Positions 29,828 through 32,287 of a DNA stretch of 32,287 nucleotides are shown here, piece after piece (the first letter of the stretch is position 1; each line of letters begins with the position of its first letter). The DNA comes from Vitrella brassicaformis CCMP3155 (Eukaryota > Protista > Chromerida). Where the stretch lies: positions 1 to 32,287 of the forward strand of contig CDMY01000674.1 in NCBI GenBank assembly GCA_001179505.1, in the 5' to 3' direction. Under the pieces are notes generated by a model. The model did no database searches. It was not told where the DNA came from and saw only the letters and a program-made list of their open reading frames with translations. Made by a program: the position numbers and the translations under genes.

Positions 29828-29880
29828 AGGGCATGTTGAACCTTTACTAAGACCATTTCTCATGTGATTCAACATGTCCT
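29828..29880. repeat. 13-bp inverted repeat (one mismatch) with a 27-nt spacer, directly after the minisatellite
   Basis: AGGGCATGTTGAA (29828-29840) and TTCAACATGTCCT (29868-29880). Confidence 0.75.
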
Positions 29881-30370
29881 TTGAGATTCTCCTTCGGAAC
29901 AGACGCTTGCCTGCACCGCTGCAACGTGGCCAGCGACCGAGCCCTGCTCGCTCCGCCGCCTGCTAAGCGGCCAGACAAACTAGACAACTGGGAAATCGCT
30001 CCCTATCTCCCTTTTGTTTGCTCTCGTTCACGCGCTGTGCGCGTAGGCTTCTCGCTAGTATCTAAGAATGAAACTGTCAAAATCTCGCCCGCGTAATTCG
30101 TCTCCGCTCTACCTCCTCCCCGCCCTCTGTGCTTTTTTCCTGACTGGCCTCTGCCTCAGCTATCTGAATTGCTCTATCTCGTCTGCCGTCTGCGTCGCAT
30201 CGCAGCAGACGCATCCATCGATGCCATGGGAATCGATTGCCATCTTGGCTGCAGCTGAAGAGAGGGGAAAAAGAGAAGGTTCGTCGCCCCTCCGCTTCAT
30301 GATGTGGTGGATGCTGACGCTGTTTGTCTTTTCTCTGTGGATCTGTCTGTATTCGTCCCTCCCGCCCCAC

Positions 30371-32108
30371 AGCCGACGTCGAAACGGACCATTTGCACAA
30401 TCGCTAGAAAGGTCCGCGCGCGACACATGCACACCGCACACATGAATGTCTGATTCATCTCTGCAGAGTGATAGTGGGATGCCGTCGCCACAGCCCAGGG
30501 AGCAGCCGATACCGAGCGGCCCTGATGGTGTGCCAGCAGGTCCGTCCATACAAGACACACATACATGAGAGGGAGAGAGAGAGAGAGAGAGAGATGGGGG
30601 GGGGGGGGGGGGGANNNNNNNNNNNNNNNNNNNNNNNNNNNNNNNNNNNNNNNNNNNNNNNNNNNNNNNNNNNNNNNNNNNNNNNNNNNNNNNNNNNNNN
30701 NNNNNNNNNNNNNNNNNNNNNNNNNNNNNNNNNNNNNNNNNNNNNNNNNNNNNNNNNNNNNNNNNNNNNNNNNNNNNNNNNNNNNNNNNNNNNNNNNNNN
30801 NNNNNNNNNNNNNNNNNNNNNNNNNNNNNNNNNNNNNNNNNNNNNNNNNNNNNNNNNNNNNNNNNNNNNNNNNNNNNNNNNNNNNNNNNNNNNNNNNNNN
30901 NNNNNNNNNNNNNNGGGGGGGAACCCATGCACACACTCACACACACTTCTGTCTGCACACCTGTGTGTCAATTGATTTACTCATGTGCTTGTTTCTTGCG
31001 TATGATTCCTTCGTTGGCTTCGTTTAGGCACACCAACGAAGCTGGGTGATTTGAATGTTTATGGGCGGTCAGAGGAGGAGGTGCGCCTGGGCCTTGAGCC
31101 GTTGCCCAGGGTCACGCTTACACCGGAATTCGTCCAACGGCACAGATCCATCCTGTTCCAAAAGACTCAGCGGTGAGTGCCTCCCTCGTCACAGATCAAT
31201 CAACAAACACCTCGAGCAAAGAGACGCAGCCAGCCCCATGCACTGAACTACCTTTCTATTTGGTCAGTCCGCTCGTGTGTATGTTATGTGTAGCTGGGCT
31301 ACGTGGACTCTCAAGGACTGCAATCTGCTCATGGTGGTTTTCTACGTCTGGCCGTTGTTGGAGCAGATGATATTCCAGGTAGGTCGTGTGTCAAAGGCAT
31401 CAATCGAGGCGTGTGTATGTGTTTGTGTTTGTGTTTGTGTTTGTGTGTTTGTGTGTGTGTGTGTTGGACAGACAAACTGGCGCATCTACGCGAAGGTAAG
31501 CCACAAAGACAGACAAAGATCCGGGTGGGAGGGTGTGTATTGGGGGATGAATTCGCTGTCGACAGCCCTACGACCAGGACCATCATGACGCCATCTCGAT
31601 TTCGTTCATGGTCGGCAAGGACAGGGCCTATCGGAGGATGATATGGGTAATGGTCGGTGTCGACTGCGAGGAGCTGGAAGGGACAAAGTCAGCGGAGGAT
31701 CTCCTGCAAAACCGCCTGGCGCGACAGGCAGTGAGATACGGCTGCATTGTGGACCCGAAGTTCCTCACATGGACGTTCTACCGCTACGACGACCACACGT
31801 ACACCCTGCAGAAGGAGAAAGAGTTCAAACACACTGACAGTCGGTCGAGGGAGGGCCAGCCGCAGGAGATAGTGGACTTCATGGTGAAGCTGCTGCACAG
31901 AGACGACACAAACCTTCCCTTCGGCACATGGGATCAACTCCACATTCAGGAGCAGACCAGGTGCGAATGTCGTCAGGCAGAGAGACAATCAGGCAGACAG
32001 ACAGAGATAGAGAGAGAAGTCAGGTATACTGGGTGCATGAGTGAATGTGATTTATTATGCGTATGGCTGGCTGGTCGAGTGCTTTGAGCCTTGCTAAGGA
32101 TCCACTAG
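30371..32108 (+). CDS. Multi-exon hypothetical protein, both ends uncertain; core exons 30467-30539, 31028-31172, 31293-31377, 31471-31494, then about 31566-31960
   Basis: Phase-consistent splicing gives SDSGMPSPQPREQP...|GTPTKLGDLNVYGRSEEEVRLGLEPLPRVTLTPEFVQRHRSILFQKTQR|WATWTLKDCNLLMVVFYVWPLLEQMIFQ|TNWRIYAK|PYDQDHHDAISISFMVGKDRAYRRMIWVMVGVDCEE...VRYGCIVDPKFLTWTFYRYDD...EIVDFMVKLL. One intron spans a gap. Internal exon edges are approximate. Confidence 0.6.
30615..30914. other. Assembly gap (300 N) at a poly-G tract, inside a predicted intron
   Basis: Run of N flanked by G runs on both sides. Confidence 0.95.
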
Positions 32109-32287
32109 AGGTTACTTACCCCCATGATTGAGTTGGTGATTTCTCGGCTGTTTCTCCTCCTTTTCGGATGAGCGAGCGTGTATCGGACTACACCCAACCC
32201 CCTCCACCTACCCTCATCCCGCGAGACGGCGGCGGGCCCCCCTGTTGCGCATGCAACGAGAAAGGGACGTCTGCGCTGTCCACATGC

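Noticed and set aside
27035-29875. Many ORFs in the repeat block (PIALLFLGSHPIGFAR..., CVCVCV, THTHTH, ERERER)
   Set aside because: They are translations of microsatellites and hairpins. Indels between copies break the frames without regard to codons.
30357-30386. FDVGCGAGG on the minus strand, like SAM-methyltransferase motif I
   Set aside because: It is isolated, with a stop about 20 codons later and no other methyltransferase motifs. It overlaps a plausible plus-strand intron-exon boundary.

Overview
This is eukaryotic, GC-rich, intron-dense DNA. Introns are short (about 65-115 nt) and full of (GT)n/(AC)n/(GACA)n repeats, and there are three 300-N scaffold gaps. The gene content and style (ApiAP2 factor, expanded ankyrin and F-box families) point to a chromerid alveolate such as Vitrella brassicaformis; that is an inference, not a search result. 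The supplied ORF track ignores introns and uses GTG/TTG/CTG starts, so I rebuilt gene models by hand from splice sites and phase. Contents in order: (1) a truncated 5' duplicate, then an F-box/LRR-like gene with an N-terminal PIP-box-like motif; (2) a 4-exon HSP20 (-), head-to-head with a multi-AP2-domain transcription factor (+); (3) a 6-exon YfcG/YghU-like GST (-); (4) four copies of an intronless ankyrin-repeat family: one intact, one frameshifted, one with a nonsense codon and one mostly lost in a gap; (5) a possible small Cys-rich oocyst-wall-like gene; (6) an 11-exon, damaged F-box paralog; (7) a prefoldin-2 gene with only its first half recognisable; (8) about 3 kb of nested repeats with four 66-nt hairpins and six GGCCC-(G/A)AA-GGGCC mini-hairpins; (9) a multi-exon unknown gene with a possible restriction-endonuclease-like fold. 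No rRNA, tRNA, CRISPR array or autonomous transposase was recognised. The best novelty candidates are the hairpin cluster at 27-29.9 kb and the ankyrin array, whose variable heads sit on a 123-bp block that is essentially identical in all three readable copies and contains a G-quadruplex motif.
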